From Clostridiales bacterium (GTDB lineage: Bacteria; Bacillota; Clostridia; Oscillospirales; CAG-272): a DNA stretch of 64,000 nt. The stretch spans positions 8,473 to 72,472 of the forward strand of contig JAAVZO010000027.1 of the NCBI GenBank assembly GCA_022791685.1. The letters are read 5' to 3'. Shown one piece after another: positions 16,877-26,517 of this stretch. The stretch's first letter is position 1; every line of letters starts with the position of its first letter. Under the pieces are notes generated by a model. It was given only the letters and a program-made list of their open reading frames with translations. It was not told the origin of the DNA and did not search any database. Position numbers and translations under genes: made by a program.

Positions 16877-18374
16877 ACATAATAAGCCAAAGTCCAACAG
16901 AAGAATCGGAGTAAGATGGAATTTCTTCATATATATGATGTTGTTCCTTTTAATGCTGCTGGTTCTTCTTTGGACATTTCAGGTAGCGTTTTTTGAACAG
17001 ATATATACGGCTGTAAAGAAAAGTGAAATGTACCGCGCAGCTGATTTCATCGAGGACAACAGCAACCTCAATAACGAACAGATCAAAGCTGCCACCGAGC
17101 AAATCGCGAAAAATTACGACCTCTGTGTTACTTTACTTGAGGTACAGAGGTATAATGAATATATCAGCGGATTTGTTTTATCTAAGTCACATAATCGCCT
17201 CGACTGCGTTATCGACAGCATGAGTGTTAATGAACTTTTAATGTTGAGTCTTAGCGCTATACAAAACGGTGGCGACAGACTTGCGACTATGCCGCGAAAC
17301 ATTAGATATTTGAGTTATTATGTCAACGACTACCGCGGCAATCTTCCGACTGATGACAGCGGAATGGGTACTGGGATCATATATACACGCATTGTAGGGT
17401 CGGACGTGCGCAATGGTGATATTGCTATAGTGCTAAACACCACCACGTCGTCGGTCAATTCTACCGTCCGTACACTGCGTACTGAACTGCTCATTATCAG
17501 CGTAATAATGACTATTGCGGCGCTGATACTATCATTCCTGCTCGCAAAACAGGTCGCAAAGCCGATAATACGTATCAATTCTGGTGCGAAGCTGCTCGCT
17601 GAGGGAAACTATGATGTGCGCTTCAAGGTCGATGGATACCGTGAAATTACCGAACTGTCGGACACGCTCAGCTATGCGGCTCAGGAGCTGTCGAAAACCG
17701 GAGCGCTTCAGCGTGAGCTTATCGCGAACATTTCGCATGACCTGCGCACTCCGCTTACTATGATCGAAGGATACGCTGAGATGATGAGGGATATTCCGGG
17801 TGAGAATACTCCTGAGAATATGCAGATCATAATTGATGAGACTAAGCGGCTGAGCTCGCTTGTAAATGATGTGCTTGATATTTCGCGTTTGCAGTCGGGT
17901 ACACAGCAGTTGAAGCTGGAGGAGTTCAACCTTACTGAAACGATACGTGAAGTTATCGGACGTTTCTCGAAGCTCACCGAACAGGATGGCTGGGTCATCA
18001 ACTTTGATTCGAGCGAGGAGGTCATGGTGAACGCTGACCGCACTCGAATACTACAGGTGGTATATAACTTCATCAATAATGCTATCACTCACTCTGGCGC
18101 TGATAAAGTAGTCATTGTCGAGCAGCGAGTAATTATGCGCGGCAATAAGCAGGTGGTGCGAATCGAAGTCACTGACCACGGAGAGGGAATTGCGAAGGAA
18201 AATATACCGTACATCTGGGACAGATACTATAAGGTGGACAAGCTTCATAAGCGTGCTCAGACTGGCTCTGGTCTCGGACTCTCGATAGTTAAAAGCATAC
18301 TTGAACTGCACAATGCGGACTACGGAGTCGAAAGCGAGCTTGGAAAAGGAGCTACATTCTGGTTCGAGATGTAG
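16863..18374 (+). CDS. Sensor histidine kinase (2 TM, HAMP, HisKA, HATPase_c)
   Basis: H-box ISHDLRTPLT, N-box NFINNAITHS, and G-boxes DHGEGI and GSGLGLSIV. The start is uncertain; the TTG at 16863 overlaps the regulator gene. Confidence 0.85.
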   Translation: MSLNKHNKPKSNRRIGVRWNFFIYMMLFLLMLLVLLWTFQVAFFEQIYTAVKKSEMYRAADFIEDNSNLNNEQIKAATEQIAKNYDLCVTLLEVQRYNEYISGFVLSKSHNRLDCVIDSMSVNELLMLSLSAIQNGGDRLATMPRNIRYLSYYVNDYRGNLPTDDSGMGTGIIYTRIVGSDVRNGDIAIVLNTTTSSVNSTVRTLRTELLIISVIMTIAALILSFLLAKQVAKPIIRINSGAKLLAEGNYDVRFKVDGYREITELSDTLSYAAQELSKTGALQRELIANISHDLRTPLTMIEGYAEMMRDIPGENTPENMQIIIDETKRLSSLVNDVLDISRLQSGTQQLKLEEFNLTETIREVIGRFSKLTEQDGWVINFDSSEEVMVNADRTRILQVVYNFINNAITHSGADKVVIVEQRVIMRGNKQVVRIEVTDHGEGIAKENIPYIWDRYYKVDKLHKRAQTGSGLGLSIVKSILELHNADYGVESELGKGATFWFEM

Positions 18375-18433
18375 CGGCACTGAAAAAATCAGTAGAATAT
18401 GGAGTATAATTCGGTCAAAATCAAATTGCTTAC

Positions 18434-18462
18434 TTGACAATCGTTCATTGATATTGTATCAT
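18434..18462 (+). promoter_or_regulatory. Promoter of the GHL6-like hydrolase/GNAT operon
   Basis: TTGACA (18434-18439), a 17-nt spacer, then TATCAT (18457-18462). Confidence 0.5.
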
Positions 18463-18475
18463 ATAGGTATCAAAT

Positions 18476-18542
18476 AATAGACATGTTCGATAACTTCATT
18501 TAATCTAATTTAATTGAGAGGTTATCGAACAGGTCTAATATA
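18476..18542 (+). repeat. Copy B of the palindromic element
   Basis: AATAGACATGTTCGATAAC (18476-18494), a 26-nt AT-rich loop, then GTTATCGAACAGGTCTAAT (18521-18539). The arms pair at 17/19 positions. It ends 17 nt before the ATG at 18559. Confidence 0.7.
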
Positions 18543-18558
18543 TATGGGAGAGAAATAT

Positions 18559-20535
18559 ATGAAACCTTTAAAATATCGTGAGGTACACCTCGATTTTCAC
18601 ACATCTGAGTCAGTTCCGTCGGTAGGTGACAAATTCGACAAGGAGCAGTTTAAGGCAGCACTCAAAGCTGGTCATGTCGATTCTATCACTATCTTTTCAA
18701 AATGCCACCACGGCTGGGCATATCACCCGTCGACGGCTAACGAAATGCACCCGAAGCTTAATTTTGACCTGCTCGGTGCAGAGCTTGAAGCCTGCCGTGA
18801 AGCGGGAGTCAATGCGCCGGTGTATCTGTCTGCCGGATTTGATGAAAAGTACGCACGCCGTCATCCTGAAAATCTCATAAAGGGTCAGCCGAATTCAGGC
18901 GCAGATTTTCTCAATTCCGCCGGTTATCACCTGCTATGCTACAATACGCCATACCTTGATTATTTAATGGCACAAGTAGAAGAGGTTATGCAAAAGTACA
19001 ACCCAAGCGGAATATTCCTTGATATTTCCGCGCCGCGTATCTGCTACTGCCAGCACTGCCTTGAATCTATGCGTGCTAAGGGTCTCGACCCACACGATCC
19101 TGAGGATGTAAAGCGTCACTCCGATATGGTATACGCCGAATACTGCCGCCGCACTGAGGAGGTAGTCCGCAAGTATAATTTGGATACTACGATATTCCAC
19201 AACGCCGGAAATATAACTCGCGGTCGCCGCGACCATGCTGGATTTGATACACATCTCGAGCTCGAAAGTCTTCCGACCGGAGGCTGGGGATACGACCATT
19301 TCCCGATGTCTGCTGCATACTGCCGCACGCTTGGTATGGAGTTCCTTGGAATGACCGGAAAATTCCACACTACATGGGGCGAATTCGGCGGTTTCAAGCA
19401 CCCGAATGCGCTTCGCTATGAGGCTGCGCTTTCGATAGCTGAGGGGGCAAAGTGTTCTATCGGTGACCAGCTGCACCCGAATGGCGAGATGAATATGTCT
19501 ACATACAAGCTTATCGGCAAGGCATACGCTGAGGTCGAAGCAAAAGAGCCTTTTGTTCGCGGTGCAGAGCATATCGCCGATATTGCAATACTCAGCGCTG
19601 AGGCATTTTCAAATAGCCCGAACCGCAATTGCCCATATGATATGGGAGCGTCGAGAATCCTGCTCGAAGGCAAGTATCTGTTTAACTTAGTCGACCAGTA
19701 CGAGGATATTTCTAAGTACAAGCTGCTGATACTTCCTGATATCATTCGTATTGACGATGCGCTTAAAGCTAAGCTTGACGCATATGTCGCAAATGGCGGT
19801 AAGCTGCTTTGCAGTGGTGAATCCGGACTCAAGACCGATTCGGATGAATTTGCTATCGACCTTGGCGCAGTATGCGAAGGAAAGAACGAATTCTGCCCGA
19901 ACTATATGGTTCCGGAGTATGAGTCTGTCAATGGACGCACTGCGTATGTAATGTACAAGCCTGCGATGAACGTCAAGGCTGTAAACGGAAGCGTCGAAGC
20001 GCTCGTTGAGGATAGCTATTTCAACCGCTCGCCTGAGCATTTCTGCTCGCACAAGCACACGCCGAACGATCCGGGAGCTAACCATGCCGGCGCGATTTTA
20101 ACGGCAAATACTGGCTACATCGCATGGAATGCCTTCCACGATTACGCTGAAATAGGCTCGTTCCATACGAAAGAGCTCGTACTGCACATGATCGAGTCGC
20201 TGCTTGGCGATGATCGTTCGATAAGCGTAAATCTGCCAGACCGCGGAATCGTTACATATACGAAGCAAAGCGAAGAAAGCCGTTATATCGCTCACTTGCT
20301 GTTCGCTCACACAACAAAGCGCGGCAATGGCGTTGAAGTTATCGAGGATATCATTCAACTGTACGATATAAAGCTCAGCGCGGCGCTTCCGACTGCACCG
20401 AAGCGTGTGTATAAGGTGGAGTATGCTGACGGTGGACTTGTCGAAACTGAGCTCAGTTACACATATGCTGACGGAAAGGCTGTAGCTGAGGTCGGTAAGG
20501 TCGAGCTTCACGCGATGGTGGTATTTGATGTATAA
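18559..20535 (+). CDS. Putative glycoside hydrolase, GHL6 / GH42-like barrel with a beta-galactosidase trimerisation-type domain
   Basis: MKPLKYREVHLDFHTSE...CHHGWAYHP is the pattern I associate with the GHL6 family. Preferred start is ATG 18559 after GGGAGAG. Confidence 0.5.
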   Translation: MKPLKYREVHLDFHTSESVPSVGDKFDKEQFKAALKAGHVDSITIFSKCHHGWAYHPSTANEMHPKLNFDLLGAELEACREAGVNAPVYLSAGFDEKYARRHPENLIKGQPNSGADFLNSAGYHLLCYNTPYLDYLMAQVEEVMQKYNPSGIFLDISAPRICYCQHCLESMRAKGLDPHDPEDVKRHSDMVYAEYCRRTEEVVRKYNLDTTIFHNAGNITRGRRDHAGFDTHLELESLPTGGWGYDHFPMSAAYCRTLGMEFLGMTGKFHTTWGEFGGFKHPNALRYEAALSIAEGAKCSIGDQLHPNGEMNMSTYKLIGKAYAEVEAKEPFVRGAEHIADIAILSAEAFSNSPNRNCPYDMGASRILLEGKYLFNLVDQYEDISKYKLLILPDIIRIDDALKAKLDAYVANGGKLLCSGESGLKTDSDEFAIDLGAVCEGKNEFCPNYMVPEYESVNGRTAYVMYKPAMNVKAVNGSVEALVEDSYFNRSPEHFCSHKHTPNDPGANHAGAILTANTGYIAWNAFHDYAEIGSFHTKELVLHMIESLLGDDRSISVNLPDRGIVTYTKQSEESRYIAHLLFAHTTKRGNGVEVIEDIIQLYDIKLSAALPTAPKRVYKVEYADGGLVETELSYTYADGKAVAEVGKVELHAMVVFDV

Positions 20536-21001
20536 TATCCGACCTGCTGTCCGATCGGATTCAGCTGAGATATTCGGACTTATTACTGCACTGGCTGAAT
20601 ATGAAAAAATGAGCGACCTTGTTACGGGAACTGCTGACGATTTAGAGAAGCTGCTGTTTGACAGCGGAGTTGGACACTGCATAGTCGCCGAGGATGGCGG
20701 CAGACTTATCGGAATGGCACTGTATTTCTATAATCTGTCGACCTTCAAATGCCGTGCAGGAATCCACCTTGAGGATCTGTTCGTGCTTCCGGAGCGGCGC
20801 GGGGAGGGTATCGGTAAGCAGCTGCTTCATACTTTATGTCAAATTGCAAAGGACGAGAATCTCGGACGGCTTGAATGGGAGTGCCTTGACTGGAATACTC
20901 CGTCGCTTGAATTCTACCATCATATGGGAGCAGAAAGTCTCGACGAATGGGTACATCTGCGAGTTGACGAGAGTAGATTTGATGAATTTTTAAGTAAATA
21001 A
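20528..21001 (+). CDS. GNAT-family N-acetyltransferase
   Basis: 157 aa with the acetyl-CoA motif RRGEGIGKQLL. It overlaps the upstream gene by 8 nt. Confidence 0.8.
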   Translation: MYNIRPAVRSDSAEIFGLITALAEYEKMSDLVTGTADDLEKLLFDSGVGHCIVAEDGGRLIGMALYFYNLSTFKCRAGIHLEDLFVLPERRGEGIGKQLLHTLCQIAKDENLGRLEWECLDWNTPSLEFYHHMGAESLDEWVHLRVDESRFDEFLSK

Positions 21002-21011
21002 AATAAATGGG

Positions 21012-21048
21012 ATTCGCCGTATAGAATAGTCTATACGGCGAATTTTTA
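21012..21048 (+). terminator. Intrinsic terminator
   Basis: ATTCGCCGTATAG (21012-21024) pairs with CTATACGGCGAAT (21031-21043). TTTTT follows. Confidence 0.8.
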
Positions 21049-21094
21049 TGATATAAAGTACACATCAATTTCTGTGTTATGTTACAAAAAGCCA

Positions 21095-21123
21095 TTGACA
21101 AATAGTGGCAGTTGATGTATAAT
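21095..21123 (+). promoter_or_regulatory. Consensus promoter of the GH36 gene
   Basis: TTGACA (21095-21100), a 17-nt spacer, then TATAAT (21118-21123). Confidence 0.6.
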
Positions 21124-21168
21124 TTAATTATCAGATAAAAATCTGAAAATTGAAATAGGAGAACTATT

Positions 21169-22884
21169 ATGTTTAAGCTTAAATCAAACGATAGCTTTAC
21201 TTGCTCGTTTACCGAGCGTGAGCTTTCGGATGGAATTACTATAATTGCTGTTGAAGCAGTATGCAAGAATGGCGCAGACAAGCTCGAGCTGAGACTTGAC
21301 TGGGAGTGCGACAACATTGGTGTAAACGTCTGCTGGAGCCCGATTGGTTATAAGAATAAAACGATTCGTCCTAACTGGGGCGGATATGTAGGTTCTAACG
21401 CAATGTCGTCTGCACCAGTATTTTCGAATATTGCGTATGATGATACCAACCGTCTTACTATCGCCTGCTCGGACGCTAAGAACAGCGTAAAATTTCGCTC
21501 TGGCGCTATCGAGGAGAATGCAAGACTATCGAATACAGTGATAATCAACGTTGGCTGCTCTGTAAGCGATTATAAGGCGGAGATCCGTCTTGATACCCGT
21601 GAGCTGCCGTTTTATAAGTGCGTCGAGGATGTTGTTAAGTGGTGGGAGACGTTCGATGGCTACGAGCCTACTCACGTTCCGGACACCGCACGCCGTCCGC
21701 TTTATTCGGCATGGTATAGCTTCCATCAGCAGATCGACATTCCACGTATAATCGAGGAGTGCAAGTACTTCAAGGCTCTTGGATGTGAGTCGATAATCGT
21801 TGACGATGGCTGGCAGACCAGCGACAACAGCCGTGGATACGCATATTGCGGCGACTGGATGCCTACTCCGGACAAGGTACCGGATATGAAGGCGTTTGCT
21901 GACGCAGTTCATGAAACCGGAATGAAGTTTATGATCTGGTATTCTGTACCATTTGTAGGAATCCATTCTAAAGCGTATGAACGTTTTAAGGAGAAGACCC
22001 TTTCCGACGCTGGTGGTGGAACTTTCGTACTTGATCCACGTTATCCTGATGTGCGTGACTATCTCATCGGACTATATAAGAATGCAGTTATTGAATGGGG
22101 ACTTGACGGCTTAAAGCTCGACTTTATAGACAGCTTCTGGCAGTGCAATACTGTCAAGGACGGCATGGATTATGTATCGGTATACGATGCGGTTGACCGT
22201 CTTATGAAGGATGTTATTTCTACTCTCAAGGCGATAAATCCTGATATTCTCATCGAATTCCGTCAGAGCTACATGGGACCGCTCATGCGCACATTCGGCA
22301 ACATGATCCGTTCCGGTGACTGTCCGAACGACAGCTACACCAATCGTCTTAACACGCTCTCTCTGCGTCTGACGAGCGGAAATACTGCCGTGCATTCGGA
22401 TATGGTCATGTGGAACTACAACGAGCCGACTGAGCTTGCAGCATTCCAGCTTACCGAGGTTCTCTTCTCGGTTCCGCAGATCTCGGTGCTGCACGACAAA
22501 ATGCCCGAAGATCACGCGAAGATGGTCAAGACATATATTGAATTCTGGACTAAGTACCGTGAAGTGCTGCTCGACGGCGAGATGATGTACAAGGACTACG
22601 CAGCTGACTTCACCTATGTGTCGTCGCTGCTTGGCAATACGCAGGTAGGTGCAGTGTATACTGGACGTATCGCGTATATTGAAAAGGCTACCAACGAAAT
22701 CGTGCTTGTCAACGCTTCGATGAACAAAGACATACTTATAGACAGCAAGATCGGCGGACGTTACGAATACGTAGTTACCGACTGCATGGGTGCTGAAGTA
22801 TCGAAGGGAAAGACCGTTCTTGGCGGTACTCTGGCTAAGATAGAAGCTCCGATCAACGGTGTTGTGACTCTGAAACGCATATAA
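21169..22884 (+). CDS. Alpha-galactosidase-like glycoside hydrolase (GH36/melibiase type)
   Basis: IIVDDGWQ, FMIWYSVPFVG and DGLKLDFID motifs fit a GH-D clan TIM barrel. No signal peptide. Confidence 0.65.
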   Translation: MFKLKSNDSFTCSFTERELSDGITIIAVEAVCKNGADKLELRLDWECDNIGVNVCWSPIGYKNKTIRPNWGGYVGSNAMSSAPVFSNIAYDDTNRLTIACSDAKNSVKFRSGAIEENARLSNTVIINVGCSVSDYKAEIRLDTRELPFYKCVEDVVKWWETFDGYEPTHVPDTARRPLYSAWYSFHQQIDIPRIIEECKYFKALGCESIIVDDGWQTSDNSRGYAYCGDWMPTPDKVPDMKAFADAVHETGMKFMIWYSVPFVGIHSKAYERFKEKTLSDAGGGTFVLDPRYPDVRDYLIGLYKNAVIEWGLDGLKLDFIDSFWQCNTVKDGMDYVSVYDAVDRLMKDVISTLKAINPDILIEFRQSYMGPLMRTFGNMIRSGDCPNDSYTNRLNTLSLRLTSGNTAVHSDMVMWNYNEPTELAAFQLTEVLFSVPQISVLHDKMPEDHAKMVKTYIEFWTKYREVLLDGEMMYKDYAADFTYVSSLLGNTQVGAVYTGRIAYIEKATNEIVLVNASMNKDILIDSKIGGRYEYVVTDCMGAEVSKGKTVLGGTLAKIEAPINGVVTLKRI

Positions 22885-22901
22885 TTTATAATTATAACGA
22901 A

Positions 22902-22945
22902 AATACCCGATATAACATTTACTTATATCGGGTATTTCATTGTTG
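22902..22945 (+). terminator. Intrinsic terminator
   Basis: AATACCCGATATAA (22902-22915) pairs with TTATATCGGGTATT (22923-22936). A T-rich tail follows. Confidence 0.7.
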
Positions 22946-22970
22946 TATAGATTTAATTTGCCCGAAACAC

Positions 22971-22998
22971 TGGACAAATTCAGGATTTGTGGTATAAT
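22971..22998 (+). promoter_or_regulatory. Promoter of purA
   Basis: TGGACA (22971-22976), a 16-nt spacer, then TGG-TATAAT (22990-22998). Confidence 0.5.
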
Positions 22999-23079
22999 AT
23001 ATATGTGACGCTTGCTTTTATTGGCGTGTGTCATGATATTATGTAATTACAGCAAAAAGTTCACTGGAGGAATTTATAA

Positions 23080-24444
23080 ATGCTTACATCAATAGTAGGA
23101 ATCAACTGGGGCGACGAGGGCAAGGGACGCATGGTCGACCTGCTCTCCGAGGAACAGGATATAGTTTGCCGTTATCAGGGCGGCAACAATGCCGGACATA
23201 CTGTTATCAATAACCGCGGAAAGTTCATTCTGAACCTGCTTCCGTCTGGCATACTCCGTCCGGAGATCGTCAACGTAATGGGCAACGGCATGGTCATAGA
23301 TCTGAAGCACCTCTACAATGAGGTCGGTCGTCTTGTCAAGGCTGGTATCGAAATTTCGCCGGCTAATCTTAAGATAAGTGACCGCGCCTGCATAACACTG
23401 CCGTACAGCGTCATTTTTGACCGTCTCGAGGAGTGGAGACTTGCAGATAAGGCATACGGTTCGACCGGACGCGGAATTGCTCCGGCATACGGCGACAAGT
23501 ACATGAAGAAGAGCGTTCGTGTAGGCGATCTTGCTTATCCTGACGCTATGAAGAATAACCTCAGAGGTCTTGTTGATTATAAGAATCTGATGATCAAGAG
23601 CCTTTACGGCGAGCTTCTCAAGGATGAGGAGAAGGCACGCTTCAAGCTCGGTAAGGATTCGAATGATGAGTCGTATTACGACCAGTTCTTCAAGAATGGT
23701 CTTATCAGCTTTGACGCTATTGTTGAATGGCTTGAAAAATACGGTGGATTCTTTAAGGATTATATCGTAGATACTGGCGTTTACCTCACTGACGCACTCG
23801 CAAACGGCAAGCGCATAATGTTCGAGGCTCAGCTTGGCGCTCTCCGTGATATTGACTTTGGTATCTATCCGTTCACGTCGTCGTCGTCGACTATCGCTTC
23901 GTATGGCCCGATAGGCGCTGGCATTCCTGGTGTTAAGCTTGATTATACTCTCGGTATCATGAAGGCATATTCGTCCTGCGTAGGCGCTGGTCCGTTCACT
24001 GTTGAAATGTTTGGACAGGAGGCTGACGCACTTCGCGGTGCAGGCGGCGAGTTTGGTGCTGCTACCGGAAGACCGAGACGTGTCGGTGCGTTTGACGTTG
24101 TTGCTTCAAAGTACGGCGTAAGAGTTCAGGGTGCGGACGAGATCGCGTTCACTAAGCTTGATATTCTCTCGTACATGGAGAAAATCCCGGTATGCGTTGC
24201 ATATGATATCGACGGAAAGATCGTTACTGACTTCCCAGTAGGCGAGGCGCTCAACATAGCTAAGCCGGTATTCGAGTATCTTGAGGGATGGAACTGCGAT
24301 ATTTCAGGTTGCAGAACAGTATCGGATCTCCCGAAGGCAGCAGTTGATTATATCAAGTACTGCGAAAAGGCAGTTGGCTGCAAGATCCGCTATGTCTCGG
24401 TTGGCGCAGAGCGCGAGGCATATGTTGATATGGACAAAAAATAA
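23080..24444 (+). CDS. purA: Adenylosuccinate synthase
   Basis: NWGDEGKG, GGNNAGHT, GSTGRGIAPAY and GAATGRPRR motifs are present. At 454 aa it has an extra charged segment around residues 165-215. Confidence 0.85.
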   Translation: MLTSIVGINWGDEGKGRMVDLLSEEQDIVCRYQGGNNAGHTVINNRGKFILNLLPSGILRPEIVNVMGNGMVIDLKHLYNEVGRLVKAGIEISPANLKISDRACITLPYSVIFDRLEEWRLADKAYGSTGRGIAPAYGDKYMKKSVRVGDLAYPDAMKNNLRGLVDYKNLMIKSLYGELLKDEEKARFKLGKDSNDESYYDQFFKNGLISFDAIVEWLEKYGGFFKDYIVDTGVYLTDALANGKRIMFEAQLGALRDIDFGIYPFTSSSSTIASYGPIGAGIPGVKLDYTLGIMKAYSSCVGAGPFTVEMFGQEADALRGAGGEFGAATGRPRRVGAFDVVASKYGVRVQGADEIAFTKLDILSYMEKIPVCVAYDIDGKIVTDFPVGEALNIAKPVFEYLEGWNCDISGCRTVSDLPKAAVDYIKYCEKAVGCKIRYVSVGAEREAYVDMDKK

Positions 24445-24459
24445 TAAATTGTATTTTGT

Positions 24460-24498
24460 AATCGCCGTGGTAAAGTATCGCGGCGATTATTTTTATTT
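24460..24498 (+). terminator. Intrinsic terminator of purA
   Basis: AATCGCCGTG (24460-24469) pairs with CGCGGCGATT (24479-24488). ATTTTTATTT follows. Confidence 0.75.
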
Positions 24499-24519
24499 GA
24501 AATAATATTGAATTTTGTC

Positions 24520-24548
24520 TTGACCTTTGCGGCAGTATGTGCTAAAAT
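24520..24548 (+). promoter_or_regulatory. Promoter of the raffinose-synthase-like gene
   Basis: TTGACC (24520-24525), a 17-nt spacer, then TGC-TAAAAT (24540-24548). Confidence 0.5.
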
Positions 24549-24582
24549 ATTGATATACTTATAATATAAGGAGATAATCTAT

Positions 24583-26517
24583 ATGAATAATGTATTGTAT
24601 AGTTTTATTAAATCGCACCTGCTCTCGAATTTTGAGGTGACGCTGAATCTCGTGCGTGGAGTGTCTGGCGGGCTTTCTGAGTTCACTGAGGAGATTGACG
24701 GCGATACTGTCATTTGTAAATATATACCTGGATCAAATCTCGAATATTTCAACATCATTGCCAAGCTTGGAGAGGATGCCATAGTATTTGCAATTGACGC
24801 GATGTTAAAGCCGAACGGAGATACTGACTCTGGATTTACTTCTGAGTGCGGCGTGACTATGACGCTTGGAGACATCAAACCAGACGCACTGCTCGGAAGT
24901 CATCACGACAACGCGTGGTGGATGTATCCGACATTTTGCAAGGATTTTTCGTCTATCGTACCTGGTTCGCAGTCGCTGCTTATCAAATCGGGTGCGCTGA
25001 ATTATCATATGCTCCCGCTCACCGGCGATAACTTCCGCTGCGAATTCAATTCTGGAAAGCTTGAGCTCATATCCGGTATGAGTGGTATTTGCCATTTAAG
25101 CGGTGATTTTCTTGCCGTATCGGTATCGACCGACCCATTCAAGGCGGTGGAGAATAACTATAAATTTGCACATGAAATTGGCGCAATACGTGTTCCGCTG
25201 ATAAATGAGCGCAAAATGCCCGAGTTTTTCAACGGCTTTGGCTGGTGTACATGGAACGCATTTTATGCAAATGTAACGAGTGCGGGAATTTTTGAAAAGC
25301 TGGATGAATTCAAAGAAAAGAACATTCCGGTTAAGTGGGTTATAATTGATGACGGCTGGCTGAGTATACGCGAGCAAATGCTTTCGGGATTTGATGTGGA
25401 TTACGTAAAATTCCCCGAAGGCTTAAAGGCTGTTATAGCTAAGATGAAGAATGAATACGGAATTGAGAAGGTCGGAGTATGGCACGCATTTAATGGCTAC
25501 TGGTCGGGCGTTGACCCCGAAAGCGAGCTTTATAAAGAGCAGAAGGATAATCTGTTTACCACGCCGTCCGGACGTGTGCTGCAATCGCTTGACGAGGATA
25601 AGGCGTTCAAATTCTGGGACGCATGGCACTCGTTTCTTGCAGACTGCGGAGTCGATTTCTTGAAGGTTGACAATCAGAGCTCGCATAGCGGACAGATCGC
25701 AGGCGTGATTCCGACTGCCGAGGGCTGCCGCATTGCGCATAATGCGATCGAGCGTTCGATTAGCAAGAATTTCGGCGGTGCGGTCATCGACTGCATGGGT
25801 ATGGATATGGAGAACGTGCTTGCACGTCCTATGTCTGCGGTATCGCGCAATAGCGACGACTTCTTCCCGAAGCGTGAGCGCGGATTTATCAAGCACCTGA
25901 CGCAGAACGTGTATAACGCTATCTGGCATAATCAGATATATTTCTGCGACTTCGATATGTGGTGGTCCGACCATGAGTCGGCATATCAGAGCGGCGTACT
26001 GCGTGCGATTTCGGGCTCGCCGATCTATGTCAGCGACGCTATAGGTAAGAGCCGCCGCGATACGATCATTGCGACGGTTGAGGATGATGGAAAGGTCATG
26101 CTTTGCGATTATGCGGCAAAACCGACACTCGACTGCGTGTACACCGATTGTCAGGCGGAGAATAAGCTGCTGAAGGTATGGAATCGGAGCGGGGACAATT
26201 TTGCGGTGGCTGCGTTTAATGTCAGTGACTGCGAAGTTACCGATACGCTCGATTTTGGCACAATTCCGGAGCTGAGCCAGGACTGCGAATATATCGCATA
26301 CGAGTATTTCACAAAGAAGTTCAGCCGTATCAACTTCTTTGAAGATACTGAATTGACACTTGGACGCGACGGTGTGGCGGTGTATTCGATTTATCCGATA
26401 ATCAAGCCGAACGAGGACAGCGACGAGGGCGCGTATATTATGCTCGGCGATACAAGCAAATATGTGCCGATCGCGTCGGTGAATAAGCAGAAGAAGCTCA
26501 TTTCGGAGATACTGTGA
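24583..26517 (+). CDS. Raffinose synthase/Sip1-type GH36 family protein (alpha-galactosidase or galactosyl transferase)
   Basis: GWCTWNAFY, VIIDDGW, FLKVDNQ and SDDFFP motifs are typical of the Raffinose_syn family. Confidence 0.7.
   Translation: MNNVLYSFIKSHLLSNFEVTLNLVRGVSGGLSEFTEEIDGDTVICKYIPGSNLEYFNIIAKLGEDAIVFAIDAMLKPNGDTDSGFTSECGVTMTLGDIKPDALLGSHHDNAWWMYPTFCKDFSSIVPGSQSLLIKSGALNYHMLPLTGDNFRCEFNSGKLELISGMSGICHLSGDFLAVSVSTDPFKAVENNYKFAHEIGAIRVPLINERKMPEFFNGFGWCTWNAFYANVTSAGIFEKLDEFKEKNIPVKWVIIDDGWLSIREQMLSGFDVDYVKFPEGLKAVIAKMKNEYGIEKVGVWHAFNGYWSGVDPESELYKEQKDNLFTTPSGRVLQSLDEDKAFKFWDAWHSFLADCGVDFLKVDNQSSHSGQIAGVIPTAEGCRIAHNAIERSISKNFGGAVIDCMGMDMENVLARPMSAVSRNSDDFFPKRERGFIKHLTQNVYNAIWHNQIYFCDFDMWWSDHESAYQSGVLRAISGSPIYVSDAIGKSRRDTIIATVEDDGKVMLCDYAAKPTLDCVYTDCQAENKLLKVWNRSGDNFAVAAFNVSDCEVTDTLDFGTIPELSQDCEYIAYEYFTKKFSRINFFEDTELTLGRDGVAVYSIYPIIKPNEDSDEGAYIMLGDTSKYVPIASVNKQKKLISEIL

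Noticed and set aside
16863-16940. A possible frameshift or alternative start at the response regulator/kinase junction (out-of-frame ATG 16916 after GGAG)
   Set aside because: The out-of-frame ATG opens only a 26-codon frame, while the kinase frame is continuous from TTG 16863. The start codon is left as uncertain rather than calling a frameshift.
23080-24444. A divergent PurA as a PurZ-like or specialised paralogue because it sits in a sugar locus and has an insert
   Set aside because: All core PurA motifs are present, and the protein is longer, not shorter, than PurZ-type enzymes. It has its own promoter and terminator. The N-terminal pattern (NWGDEGKG, GKFxLxLLPSG) looks like the normal clostridial PurA type.
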